This document shows, piece by piece, positions 18,794-28,370 of a stretch of 64,000 nt of DNA; position 1 is the first letter of the stretch, and every line of letters starts with the position of its first letter. Origin of the DNA: Candidatus Helarchaeota archaeon (GTDB taxonomy: Archaea > Asgardarchaeota > Lokiarchaeia > Helarchaeales > RDOG01); NCBI GenBank assembly GCA_019058315.1, contig JAHPZH010000003.1:396451-460450 (forward strand), given 5' to 3'. Made by a program: the position numbers and the translations under genes. The notes beneath the pieces were generated by a model that saw only the letters and a program-made list of their open reading frames with translations, was not told where the DNA came from and searched no databases.

Positions 18794-19039
18794 ATGATAT
18801 TAATGATTTCATATTATTCCCTTTGTTTATTGAAAGCTCCCAACAAACATAGATATAAAATTTACGCTGAAAAACACCCTGAAAGTGATTATTATCCCAA
18901 ATGGTTAATATTGGAAATGAAACAAATCTATACAAATATTAGATCAGCGGCTTGGAATCTAGAGAATATTCAGCAACGAATGACAAGTGAAGGAATAAAA
19001 TCAGTAATATACTATGAATGTCTAGAAGTAGACTTTTAA
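18794..19039 (+). CDS. Hypothetical protein (81 aa)
   Basis: ORF co-oriented with and following the ARPP-1 operon; no recognisable motif. Confidence 0.45.
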   Translation: MILMISYYSLCLLKAPNKHRYKIYAEKHPESDYYPKWLILEMKQIYTNIRSAAWNLENIQQRMTSEGIKSVIYYECLEVDF

Positions 19040-19137
19040 ATCAGAAATAAAATGAATTTTCTTACTTTATTATATGCAATCTTATGGATTTGCTCTCACT
19101 GGTTTTTAATTAAGATTGAATAATAATTATCTTAAAT

Positions 19138-19839
19138 TTATTTTTGAACTTTTTCAAGATATTCATTAGCTTCTTTGATGAGTGCATCACACTCTTTATG
19201 TACTTCTTCTTTATCTGAGTTGTTTTTTATTTTTTCAAAGAATTTTATATAATCATTATAAAATTTTATGACTTTTTCATCTCCAACAAATTCATCTAGG
19301 GCATGTAAGACATAGCTTTTAAAGATTGGTTCGATTTGTAAAGTGATATAATACAAAGTTTTTAAGTGTTGATTCGCAATTTTTCGTAAAATCCAATATG
19401 CAATATGACATGCTCCCTCAATCGTTTCAAGTATATCTCTATATTTTTTAAAAACATCTGCATCTTCAGGAAAATCTTGTCGTAAAATTTCCTCGATTTT
19501 CTCGCATTCAACTAATGCTCCCATTTCACATGATGCAAAGAGGTACCGAAACCCACTTGGGTCATATTTGCCATCTAAGTAACCAAGAGTGTAAGTTCCT
19601 AGAGCAGCTATTGAATCAACATCAATTCTCTCCTTATGTTTCATCAATAAATCCATAATATTTTCTTGTACTTCTATGATGTCTTTATGTTTCCAAGTAT
19701 ATAAGTGATAAATGCCACATATTTGACGAAAATCTTCCGTTTCTATTTCAACATCCTTAGCTTCGTCTAATGAATCACGTATTGTATTTAAGGTATCAAC
19801 ATATTCCTTAAAAGATTCTGATTTTAATCCTTCTATCAT
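19138..19839 (-). CDS. Hypothetical all-alpha protein
   Basis: 233-aa ORF with AGGT RBS; no recognised motif. Confidence 0.7.
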   Translation of the reverse strand: MIEGLKSESFKEYVDTLNTIRDSLDEAKDVEIETEDFRQICGIYHLYTWKHKDIIEVQENIMDLLMKHKERIDVDSIAALGTYTLGYLDGKYDPSGFRYLFASCEMGALVECEKIEEILRQDFPEDADVFKKYRDILETIEGACHIAYWILRKIANQHLKTLYYITLQIEPIFKSYVLHALDEFVGDEKVIKFYNDYIKFFEKIKNNSDKEEVHKECDALIKEANEYLEKVQK

Positions 19840-19992
19840 TTTTATAACCTATTTTTACTATACAATGGATATTAAATAATTTACAAATTAATTTTTCAAT
19901 TTAAATTCTGAATATTTATATACTTTTAGTCAGATAAATCGAGCTGTTTTAATTTAATATGTTGAAAAAAAAAAGGAATATTATTTGAGAAT

Positions 19993-20252
19993 TTAGGGGA
20001 TAAGGGTTTGGATCAATAGGCTATAATCAACTATAAAACAATTTGAGAAAAATGTGTTTACAGACCAATATTCCACCGATATATTGTGATTTCCAGCCAT
20101 CAAAGTAAAAGTTAAATTTTGGAGATTAAAACTGATAAAACTGCCAGTAGTATAATTGCTTGCTGTAATATGTGTTCTTGAAAAAGTTTCTGATGAACCA
20201 TCAATCTTAAATTGAAATGTAACATCATAATACAAATTTGGTGAAACAGTCT
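19993..20252 (-). pseudogene. Orphan C-terminal beta-sandwich fragment resembling the tail of Asgard collagen-like surface proteins
   Basis: ...FQFKIDG...LMAGNHNISVEYW...YSLLIQTLIP is beta-rich with N-x-S/T sequons; no signal peptide; upstream part overlaps the Rab gene. Family match is from recall. Confidence 0.45.
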
Positions 20253-21155
20253 TTAGACTTTCAAAGAATTTGAAGAAATTTTTTCTAGACTTGAAAAACA
20301 TTTAGGACACACGTATGTTCCGTCATTCCTTACTGAGAAGAATTTATTACAACTTATACATGTAAAAATTACTCCTTTTATTTCAGTGGGCATTGGAACA
20401 TTCAACATCTGGGCAATATAGACGATTTGGTCTTCACACCAACGAGCTCCATCTTCGAATTCAGCTTTTTTAGCCCAATATAACGCTTGTTTAAGAAATT
20501 CCAAAGCTAGTAATTTTCTATTGTCTTGAAAATATTGAATAGCTTGATTTGCGAATTTATCGTATTTTTGAAATGACTCGGTAGTGATAATTTTAGATTG
20601 TTCATATTCGACTCCAACTTCTTTTAATTTATCTGCGTATTTTGGATCTATAATCATCTTGACGAGAGTTTCAAAAATTATATCCACAGATTGCCCTGAT
20701 TTCGCACTAGAGTCAAAATAGATTGTATTGAATTTTTTAGCTAAATTTCTAGCTTCTTCAGTGGTTACTTGGATATCAGGTAAGTCAATTTTATTTCCAA
20801 CTAGAATAAGTGGAATGTTTCCGCTATTATCATATGCTTCTTTAAACCATCTACCTACATTATAAAAACTTCTTCTGTTAGTTTTATCAAAAACAACAAG
20901 ACCGCCAATACTGCCTTGATAATATAATGGGCGAATATAATTAAACTGTTCTTGACCCCCCGTATCCCAAATTTGGAATTTGACTCGATAACCATCAACT
21001 TCCATTAATTTTATACTAAATCCGACACCGATTGTCATTCTATAATCGTCTTTAAATATTCCATCCGTAAACCGGACAGATAAAGCAGTTTTCCCTACCG
21101 CACCGTCTCCCACAACAATAATTTTTAAAAGATAATCATATTTTTCAGATACCAT
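20253..21155 (-). CDS. Rab-like small GTPase with helical hairpin and C-terminal Zn ribbon
   Basis: YDYLLKIIVVGDGAVGKT, TIGVGF, KFQIWDTGGQE, YYQG, GNKID, SAK; CISC...CPKC. Confidence 0.9.
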   Translation of the reverse strand: MVSEKYDYLLKIIVVGDGAVGKTALSVRFTDGIFKDDYRMTIGVGFSIKLMEVDGYRVKFQIWDTGGQEQFNYIRPLYYQGSIGGLVVFDKTNRRSFYNVGRWFKEAYDNSGNIPLILVGNKIDLPDIQVTTEEARNLAKKFNTIYFDSSAKSGQSVDIIFETLVKMIIDPKYADKLKEVGVEYEQSKIITTESFQKYDKFANQAIQYFQDNRKLLALEFLKQALYWAKKAEFEDGARWCEDQIVYIAQMLNVPMPTEIKGVIFTCISCNKFFSVRNDGTYVCPKCFSSLEKISSNSLKV

Positions 21156-21256
21156 TTTTTTCAGCTACTAGCTAATATAATATTTAAATTTTGAAGTTTA
21201 AATTACCTCCAACGTGATTCTTATCCTTTTATTCCTATAAAAACATTATCTTACTA

Positions 21257-21367
21257 GTTTAATGAGATCTTCGCAATCCTTTTCTTATACAGACTACTAA
21301 AGTTCAAATCTAATCAGTTTTAATGAGATTTTCGCAAATTGTTTTAATGATACAATTTTGTTCGCAA
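21257..21367. repeat. Three imperfect direct repeats GTTT(T)AATGA...TTCGCAA in the WD40-Rab intergenic region
   Basis: 21257-21276 gtttaatgagatcttcgcaa; 21317-21337 gttttaatgagattttcgcaa; 21341-21367 gttttaatgatacaattttgttcgcaa. Confidence 0.7.
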
Positions 21368-21465
21368 GTTGAATATTCTTTTTTTAAAAACGAATTGGAA
21401 AAAATTAGGTAATTTATTACTAATTTAATAATGTTTTTCTTAAATTTGGATTTTTTCCTTTTTTA

Positions 21466-24400
21466 TCATTTTCTTTTTTGTTTTGATTTTCTCTTATTTT
21501 TGATTACTTTTTGTTTACCTTTCTTTTTAGCCTCTATTTTTTTAAAATATGCTTCAAGAATTTTGAATGGACTGGTATGATACATTAAAAGGTCTTTTGG
21601 AATATCTAATTTATTATCTTCTAATTCCAGAAATCCCAGTTTTTCACATTTTAAAATTTCCTTCGGGAGTGATGTAAGTTGATTTCCAGATAAGCAGAGT
21701 GAGTATAACTTTTTAAGATTGCCTATTTCTGGTGGAAGGGTTTTTAATTTATTACCACTCAGGTATAAAGATTCCAATTCAGTTAGATCTCCAATTTCTT
21801 TAGGAAGTTCTTCCAAATCGTTATCATAAAATTCAATACCTTTTAGTTTTTTCTGTTTGAATACGAATTTTGGAATTTTATTTAGTCCTGGATTATCACT
21901 TAAAATGATATAGTCAAGATTTTCAAGATTAACCATTTCTTCTGGTAATTTAGTTAATTGATTGTTTCCTAATGACAAATGATGTAGCTTAATTAAATTA
22001 CCAAATGATTTTGGAATCGATTTTAATTTATTTCTATGAAGTTCTAGAGACTCAAGATTTTGTAAATTCCCAAACTCTTCAGGCAACGATTCAAGTTCGT
22101 TATCTGTTAATTGAAGATATCTGAGATTTGTAAGATTCCCGAACTCAGGTGGTAGTGTTTTAAGTTTATTACGATATAAATAAAGAGTTTCAAGATTTTT
22201 TAGATTACCAAATTCGGGAAGTAGTGATTTCAATTTATTACTTTGTGCATTAAGTTGTTTAAGATTCTTCAACTGCCCTATTTCCTTGGGGAGGAATGTA
22301 AAATCATTAGAAGAAAGATTGAGTTCAGTACATTCTTTTAATAACCCAATTTCGGGTGGTAACACAAGCAAACTTCTTACATCGAGAGATTGTCCAGATA
22401 GACTGAAAGATTTTTTTTTCTTTTTTGCAGCTGATTTTATTTTTTTTACGACTCCTATATTATCTTTTTCCTTAACATAAGATATCAGGACCGGATTATC
22501 CCCATATTCCTCATATTTTAAGTTTTGAAGAAGATCTTTTTTTGTTTTTTTATCTGATCTTTCTAAAATGCTTATGATTTCTTCTGGTTGATCATTTTTG
22601 AGATAATAACTTATTAGACTATTGCCAACGTACCATTTTACATTTTTATTTTTATCAGAGATGCTTTTTTGTAAATCGTCAATTATTGGAGTAATTAATT
22701 TCCAATAAGCTTCCGGTGATGTTTTTTGTTTTTTATCACCATATGAATCGTAAATAAACGAGCAAATTTTATAAATAATTGATGCGGCATAACTACGAGT
22801 TTCTGCTTTAGGATTTTTTAATGATTTCGTAATAATTGGGATAGTTAGGGCTAAATCATCGATTTTTTTAGATCTTTCAACTATGGTTTTTGCAGTAACT
22901 AATTGGACATCTTCACTTTCATCAGTAAGGAGTTTTTTTAAGGATGGGAAGAGCGAAGAAATCTTGATACCGTATTTAACACTTGCTAATGTACCAGCTG
23001 TTTCTTGCCTCACATCTTTATTTTTGTGTTTTAGTAACTTTTCAATTTCTTCAAATTTACGTTTATTAGCGTAATGTAGTGTTAGTACATCAGCTACACC
23101 CCAATTTACGGAAAGAGCTTTTTTAAGCTCAGGTAGAAATTTAGCAACATTAAATCCTTCTTTTACTTCATCGCGTAAAAGTAAAATAGCCATATCTTGA
23201 ATTTTTTTATCTTTATGAGTTATTATATTCAACACTGTAGGTAGAGCATCAGATATATTCATCTTATCGCTTCTTGCAGCATGCATGGCACTCAAGGCAC
23301 TTTTTATTATTCCAGCATTTTCATCGGATAGTAACACTGCAAGTGCTGGCATAAAAAATGAAATATCACGTTCATCTCTATCGCTAACCATATCATACCC
23401 GGGAAAAGAGGCGAGCCAATCAGCTGATGATTTTCTCGTAGTAGCATTAAGATCTTTTAACTCATAAGTAGTCTTTCCATACATGCTAAATTTCCAGTCT
23501 CCATAATGGAGACCAAAATGCTTGTAGTAATACATCATTGCATCAGCTGCAGACCATCTAATCGCTAAATTGTCATCATAAAGTGCATCCCTGAGATAAG
23601 GAATGAAAGGTTTTAATTCAACCCGATTTTTTGCAGCTTCCTCTAATAGCAGAATAGTTTTTTGCCTTATTGAAAGTTCTGGACTTTCTAATCGATCAAT
23701 TAATTCTTTTAGAGTTAATTTAACTGTCTCTTGAGTATGACCTTCAATAGTTCGTAAAAGTTTTCCTTTTGACAAATCCCATATTTTAATGATGTGTGCA
23801 GATTTAGTAATAAGGTATTTACCATCAGTAGTAAAATACATCTGCTTTACATAATATTTATATCCTTTGAGCGTGCGGACGTGAGTTCCAGTCTTAAATT
23901 CTTCTAGCCAGACATCTTGGTCATATCCTGCACTAGCTACGATCTTATTATCGGGGGAAACGGCTACGGCATAAAGGGAAGATGGATGTCTACCTAACGT
24001 TCGAATAAGCTTTCCCATTTCAGGATAAAGCTCCCATATTCTCGTATAATGATCACCACCACAACTTACGATAAGTTTTCCATCAGAAGTAAGTGCAACT
24101 GACCACACAATGCCAGAATGAGCTTTGATCGAATGAATTTCTTCTCCAGTTGTAACTTCCCAAATCCTTATCGTTGTGTCCCATGAACCACTAATAACAT
24201 ATCTATCATCTAGAGAGAAAACTACGGATTCGACTTGTTTTTTATGTCCACTTAAAGTTTTGATTTTTTTCCCTGTATTCATGGCCCAAATTTTTATAGT
24301 TTTGTCAACTGAACCGCTTGCAATTAATTTTCCATCAGAAGAAAAAGCAAGTGAAGTTATTGCATTATCATGCCCTGTAAGCGTTTTAATAAGTTTCCCT

Positions 24401-26439
24401 GTTTTAACTTCCCAAATTTTTATACTATTATCATTTCCTGACCCACCACTTACGATAAAGTTACCATCTGGTGATATAGTTACTGATGTAACCACATCTG
24501 TATGTCCCTTGAGAACTTGTTCAAGTTTCCATTTTTCCAAATCCCAAATTTGAACAGTTTTTTTATTAGAACCTACAATAATTTTTTTTCCATTAGGAGA
24601 TACTGCAAACGAATTTGCACCATGAGCTTTTAAATCGTATGTTTGAACGAATTCTCCAATTGGAAATCCCCAGACCTTTATACTCCCATTCCACGATCCA
24701 CTAACAATATATTTACTATCATTAGAAACAGCTACTGTATGAACAGAATTTGTATGTCCCTCAAGTGTAAAAAGAGATTTACCTGTTTTTAAATCCCAAA
24801 ATTTTACTGATTTATCATAAGATCCACTAATAATATATTTTCCATCAGGAGACACACAAACGCATAACACTCCAAGATAATGAGCATCGATAGAATGTTC
24901 TAGCCTCCCGCTATTTAAATCCCATACCTTAACTGTATTATCATCAGACCCGCTGACGATAAAATCAGGAGATATTGAGACTGATAACACATTGTCTTTA
25001 TGCTCCTTAAGCGTCCTAATACAAATCCCAGTCCCAAATTGCCAGACTTTAATAGTCCTATCACGAGAACCACTTACAATATAAACTCCATCTTGGGAGA
25101 CCGTAACTGATTTGACAGAAGCTGTATGACCTTTAAGTGTCTTAACCAGTTCCCCAGTTTCTAGCTCCCAAATTTTTAAAGTAGCGTCAGACGAACCACT
25201 GACGATATTTTTTCCATTAGAGGTAATTTTAACAGAATTTACGTGCCCTTGATGCCCTTCAAGTGTGTGGAGGAGTTTTTTAGTCTTAAATTCCCACACT
25301 CTTATGGAATTATCACGGGATCCGCTTATTATATACTTTCCATTTGGAGAAATATCCACACATAAAACACCAGATGAATGTCCTTCTAGCATATTGACAA
25401 ATTTTCCGCTAGATAATTCCCATATTTTAATTGTTGAGTCATTGGACCCATGAATTATATATTTCCCATCCGAGGAAATTGCTATTGACCAAACTATTTC
25501 GGCAGGATTAAGATTACTTAATGATTTTTCTTTGGCAGATTTTGCTTCTTCGGTACTCCATATCTTAATTGTCTTATCCCCAGATCCGCTTATTATAAAT
25601 TTTCCGTCAAGAGAGAACTTAACAGAACTCACCCAACGACTATGTTTTTTAAATTTGTATAATAATTCTCCTTTATCTATATCCCATAGTATTACAGTTT
25701 GATCTCCTGATCCACTTAGAAGATATTTTCCATCGGGAGATAATGCTAAAGAATATATAAGTGCTTCATGCCCATCAAGAATGTGGATAAATTTTCCAGT
25801 CTTAAAATCCCATACAATTACTGTTTCATCCTCTGATGCACTATAGATATATCTTCCGTCTTTAGAAAGTTCGATTGCACGGATGGCCGCTGAATGACCC
25901 TCAAGTAGACGGAAATCTCCCGTCTCTATATTATATATTCTAAGATCTACGCCGTTGCCATGGAGAAGATATTTTCCATCATTAGAGAATGAGATTGAAG
26001 TTACATAATATTCCATTTTAAATGTTTTAATACATTTTCCAGTCATTAACTCCCATAAAATGAGATTACTATCTTTGGCACCACTAGCTATATATTTTCC
26101 ATCAGGGGAAATGGCGACACATTCTATCCAATCTTCATGGTCTTTTAGAGTATGAATCAATTTGCCTGTTATAAATTCCCATATTTTGATAGTTTTATCC
26201 CAAGATCCACTAACAATATATTTTCCATCAGGAGAGATAGCAATACAATAAACGGTGTTATTATGTGCTTCAATAGTACGGACACATTTCCCGGTAGCAT
26301 ACTCCCATACCTTGATAGTTTTATCATAAGATCCACTTATAATATATTTCCCATCAGGGGAAATTGCGATTGTGGTTATAGAGTCTTCATGTCCAGTAAT
26401 TACCTTTTCCATTTTTTTCAAAATCCAAAAGTCCCCCAT
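21466..26439 (-). CDS. Large WD40 (about 21 repeats) - HEAT/ARM solenoid - LRR protein
   Basis: GH...S.DG..I.SGS.D.TIK.W repeats to about aa 900; HEAT motifs (L.D.N..IR..AA, LL.H..KDVR..A) to about aa 1330; then LxxLxLxxNxLxxLPxEIG LRRs; basic tail. Confidence 0.92.
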   Translation of the reverse strand: MGDFWILKKMEKVITGHEDSITTIAISPDGKYIISGSYDKTIKVWEYATGKCVRTIEAHNNTVYCIAISPDGKYIVSGSWDKTIKIWEFITGKLIHTLKDHEDWIECVAISPDGKYIASGAKDSNLILWELMTGKCIKTFKMEYYVTSISFSNDGKYLLHGNGVDLRIYNIETGDFRLLEGHSAAIRAIELSKDGRYIYSASEDETVIVWDFKTGKFIHILDGHEALIYSLALSPDGKYLLSGSGDQTVILWDIDKGELLYKFKKHSRWVSSVKFSLDGKFIISGSGDKTIKIWSTEEAKSAKEKSLSNLNPAEIVWSIAISSDGKYIIHGSNDSTIKIWELSSGKFVNMLEGHSSGVLCVDISPNGKYIISGSRDNSIRVWEFKTKKLLHTLEGHQGHVNSVKITSNGKNIVSGSSDATLKIWELETGELVKTLKGHTASVKSVTVSQDGVYIVSGSRDRTIKVWQFGTGICIRTLKEHKDNVLSVSISPDFIVSGSDDNTVKVWDLNSGRLEHSIDAHYLGVLCVCVSPDGKYIISGSYDKSVKFWDLKTGKSLFTLEGHTNSVHTVAVSNDSKYIVSGSWNGSIKVWGFPIGEFVQTYDLKAHGANSFAVSPNGKKIIVGSNKKTVQIWDLEKWKLEQVLKGHTDVVTSVTISPDGNFIVSGGSGNDNSIKIWEVKTGKLIKTLTGHDNAITSLAFSSDGKLIASGSVDKTIKIWAMNTGKKIKTLSGHKKQVESVVFSLDDRYVISGSWDTTIRIWEVTTGEEIHSIKAHSGIVWSVALTSDGKLIVSCGGDHYTRIWELYPEMGKLIRTLGRHPSSLYAVAVSPDNKIVASAGYDQDVWLEEFKTGTHVRTLKGYKYYVKQMYFTTDGKYLITKSAHIIKIWDLSKGKLLRTIEGHTQETVKLTLKELIDRLESPELSIRQKTILLLEEAAKNRVELKPFIPYLRDALYDDNLAIRWSAADAMMYYYKHFGLHYGDWKFSMYGKTTYELKDLNATTRKSSADWLASFPGYDMVSDRDERDISFFMPALAVLLSDENAGIIKSALSAMHAARSDKMNISDALPTVLNIITHKDKKIQDMAILLLRDEVKEGFNVAKFLPELKKALSVNWGVADVLTLHYANKRKFEEIEKLLKHKNKDVRQETAGTLASVKYGIKISSLFPSLKKLLTDESEDVQLVTAKTIVERSKKIDDLALTIPIITKSLKNPKAETRSYAASIIYKICSFIYDSYGDKKQKTSPEAYWKLITPIIDDLQKSISDKNKNVKWYVGNSLISYYLKNDQPEEIISILERSDKKTKKDLLQNLKYEEYGDNPVLISYVKEKDNIGVVKKIKSAAKKKKKSFSLSGQSLDVRSLLVLPPEIGLLKECTELNLSSNDFTFLPKEIGQLKNLKQLNAQSNKLKSLLPEFGNLKNLETLYLYRNKLKTLPPEFGNLTNLRYLQLTDNELESLPEEFGNLQNLESLELHRNKLKSIPKSFGNLIKLHHLSLGNNQLTKLPEEMVNLENLDYIILSDNPGLNKIPKFVFKQKKLKGIEFYDNDLEELPKEIGDLTELESLYLSGNKLKTLPPEIGNLKKLYSLCLSGNQLTSLPKEILKCEKLGFLELEDNKLDIPKDLLMYHTSPFKILEAYFKKIEAKKKGKQKVIKNKRKSKQKRK

Positions 26440-26461
26440 TTTTTGCCATATAAACGAAAAA

Positions 26462-27280
26462 TCAAAATTTTACAGAACTACGGCTTTTTGTCCTTACATA
26501 ATCTTGATATTCAACAACTAATTCTCTAAGATTCATTAATTTCATTGCATCTTTATAATCCCCATCTATTTGAATGTCTCCTTTTAGATACATGCGTGAA
26601 GCATTACCCTGACCAGAAAAAAGAGCAATAGCTGATTTATTATCACTCATAGTAATAGTTACATTAGGATCAGGATATTGGACATCCATAACTCCAGAGA
26701 ACGATCCATCTTTAAAATGAAAATAACATTGAGGACCATTAATTACATTAAATTGAATGACAACATTTACACCTTTCATCTCAATTTGAACGTTTTCATC
26801 AACTTCGGTAATTTCTTGGAATCCAATCAAGTGCCCATATAATAAAGTTTTGGCAAGTAAATAATCATCTTGAGATGTTAATTCATCGCCATAATTATAA
26901 TTTGAATATGGTAAAGCTAGATTCATGAGGTCTACACAAATATTCTTAAATTTAGGTTCTTCTTTAAGTATTATTTTTCCTTCTGATTTTAATTGCTCAA
27001 AATTAAGCTGTTCTCTTCTCAATATTTTGAATAAAGTATTTGGGTCATTAAAATGAATTCTCGCTTGATAATCAGGAGCTTTTTTTCGTCTTTCAAAAAT
27101 GATTTTATTATTTTTTATTTCTAGATATTCTACCGGTCCCTCTTCAACTGAAAATTGAATATTTAATTCATAATCCTTTATTTTACTCTTTACGTCATCA
27201 TTATATTTGCCTAATTCACTCATTGTGTATAAGAGAGTGTCTAAGACCATTCTTGATGTAATTAGATCATAATAGTTCAT
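26462..27280 (-). CDS. Tandem SCP2 (sterol carrier/lipid-binding) domain protein
   Basis: Two IQF.V..GP..Y..... units; PNVTITM...A..LFSG.......YLKGDIQIDGD. Confidence 0.8.
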   Translation of the reverse strand: MNYYDLITSRMVLDTLLYTMSELGKYNDDVKSKIKDYELNIQFSVEEGPVEYLEIKNNKIIFERRKKAPDYQARIHFNDPNTLFKILRREQLNFEQLKSEGKIILKEEPKFKNICVDLMNLALPYSNYNYGDELTSQDDYLLAKTLLYGHLIGFQEITEVDENVQIEMKGVNVVIQFNVINGPQCYFHFKDGSFSGVMDVQYPDPNVTITMSDNKSAIALFSGQGNASRMYLKGDIQIDGDYKDAMKLMNLRELVVEYQDYVRTKSRSSVKF

Positions 27281-27440
27281 TTCTAATCTTCCATATTCTT
27301 AATGTAATTTGGAATGAATTAAAAAATTAAAATTTGATTATTTAATATTTTTGAGTTAGTGAAAATGTAAAAAATTGAATATACATTTATTAACAGTTGC
27401 TATGATTAAATTTTAATAGTTTTTAAGAAAAGGGATAAAT

Positions 27441-28319
27441 TTGCCGGAAAAAAAAGTTATAGATTTTCATACTCAAATGACTACAAAGAAAGGAGCTTTA
27501 TTCCCGAAATCAATGAAGCCATTTTTTGAAAAACAATTCAAATGTGAAATGCCCTATTATCAGTCAGAAGAAGAAATGATTGAGGTTTATAAGAAAGCAA
27601 ACATTAAGGCAATATTAGTTCCTCCAACATCAACTAAATCTAATTTCACAAAAATTCGAGAAATCAACGACTATGTTGGAGGACTTATTTCTAAATACCC
27701 AGATGTAATATTAGGAGCATGGGTAATGAATAATATTAAAATTAATGAAGAAGATTGGTTAAAAGAGACGAAAAGATGTATTATTGATCTTGGTTTTTTT
27801 GGTCCATGGCATAATGGAGTCAATACTAATATTCCTGCCACTTCACCAAAATTACAACCATTTTTTGATCTATGTAAAGACCAAAAAGTTCCGGTTAAGC
27901 TAAGTGTAGGTCATACAGCTGCAGGAGCAGGGCTTCCCGGTGGTGGGGGTATGAAGTTGGAGTATGAACGACCTATTCCATATGTAGATAATGTGGCTGC
28001 AGATAATCCTGAATTAATTATAATTTGTGCACACATGCCATGGCCCTTTCATGCAGAAATGGCATCCGTTCTGATCCATAAAGGTAATGTTTATAATGAA
28101 GTACATGGATGGAGTCCGAAATATTTCCCTGAAGATTTTAAAAGAGAAATTAATGGCCGATGTAAAAAAAAGATACTTTTTGGTTCTGACTGGCCTTTTC
28201 TAAAACATGATAGATTATATAAAGATTGGGAATCCGAAAATTATAAACCAGAAGTTTTAGAAAATATATATTATCAAAATGCGGAGAGATTATTTAAAAA
28301 ATTAAAAAAAACAATATAA
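27441..28319 (+). CDS. Amidohydrolase_2 family protein
   Basis: IDFHT, GAGLPGGGG.KL, ICAHMPWP, GWSPKY, FGSDWP. Confidence 0.88.
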   Translation: MPEKKVIDFHTQMTTKKGALFPKSMKPFFEKQFKCEMPYYQSEEEMIEVYKKANIKAILVPPTSTKSNFTKIREINDYVGGLISKYPDVILGAWVMNNIKINEEDWLKETKRCIIDLGFFGPWHNGVNTNIPATSPKLQPFFDLCKDQKVPVKLSVGHTAAGAGLPGGGGMKLEYERPIPYVDNVAADNPELIIICAHMPWPFHAEMASVLIHKGNVYNEVHGWSPKYFPEDFKREINGRCKKKILFGSDWPFLKHDRLYKDWESENYKPEVLENIYYQNAERLFKKLKKTI

Positions 28320-28370
28320 TCAAATAATAAGAGAATTATATGAAATTTAAAAAAATAATAATCAAGAATA

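Noticed and set aside
21257-21367. Mini-CRISPR array
   Set aside because: Repeats are about 20 bp and degenerate, spacing is irregular, and no cas genes are present
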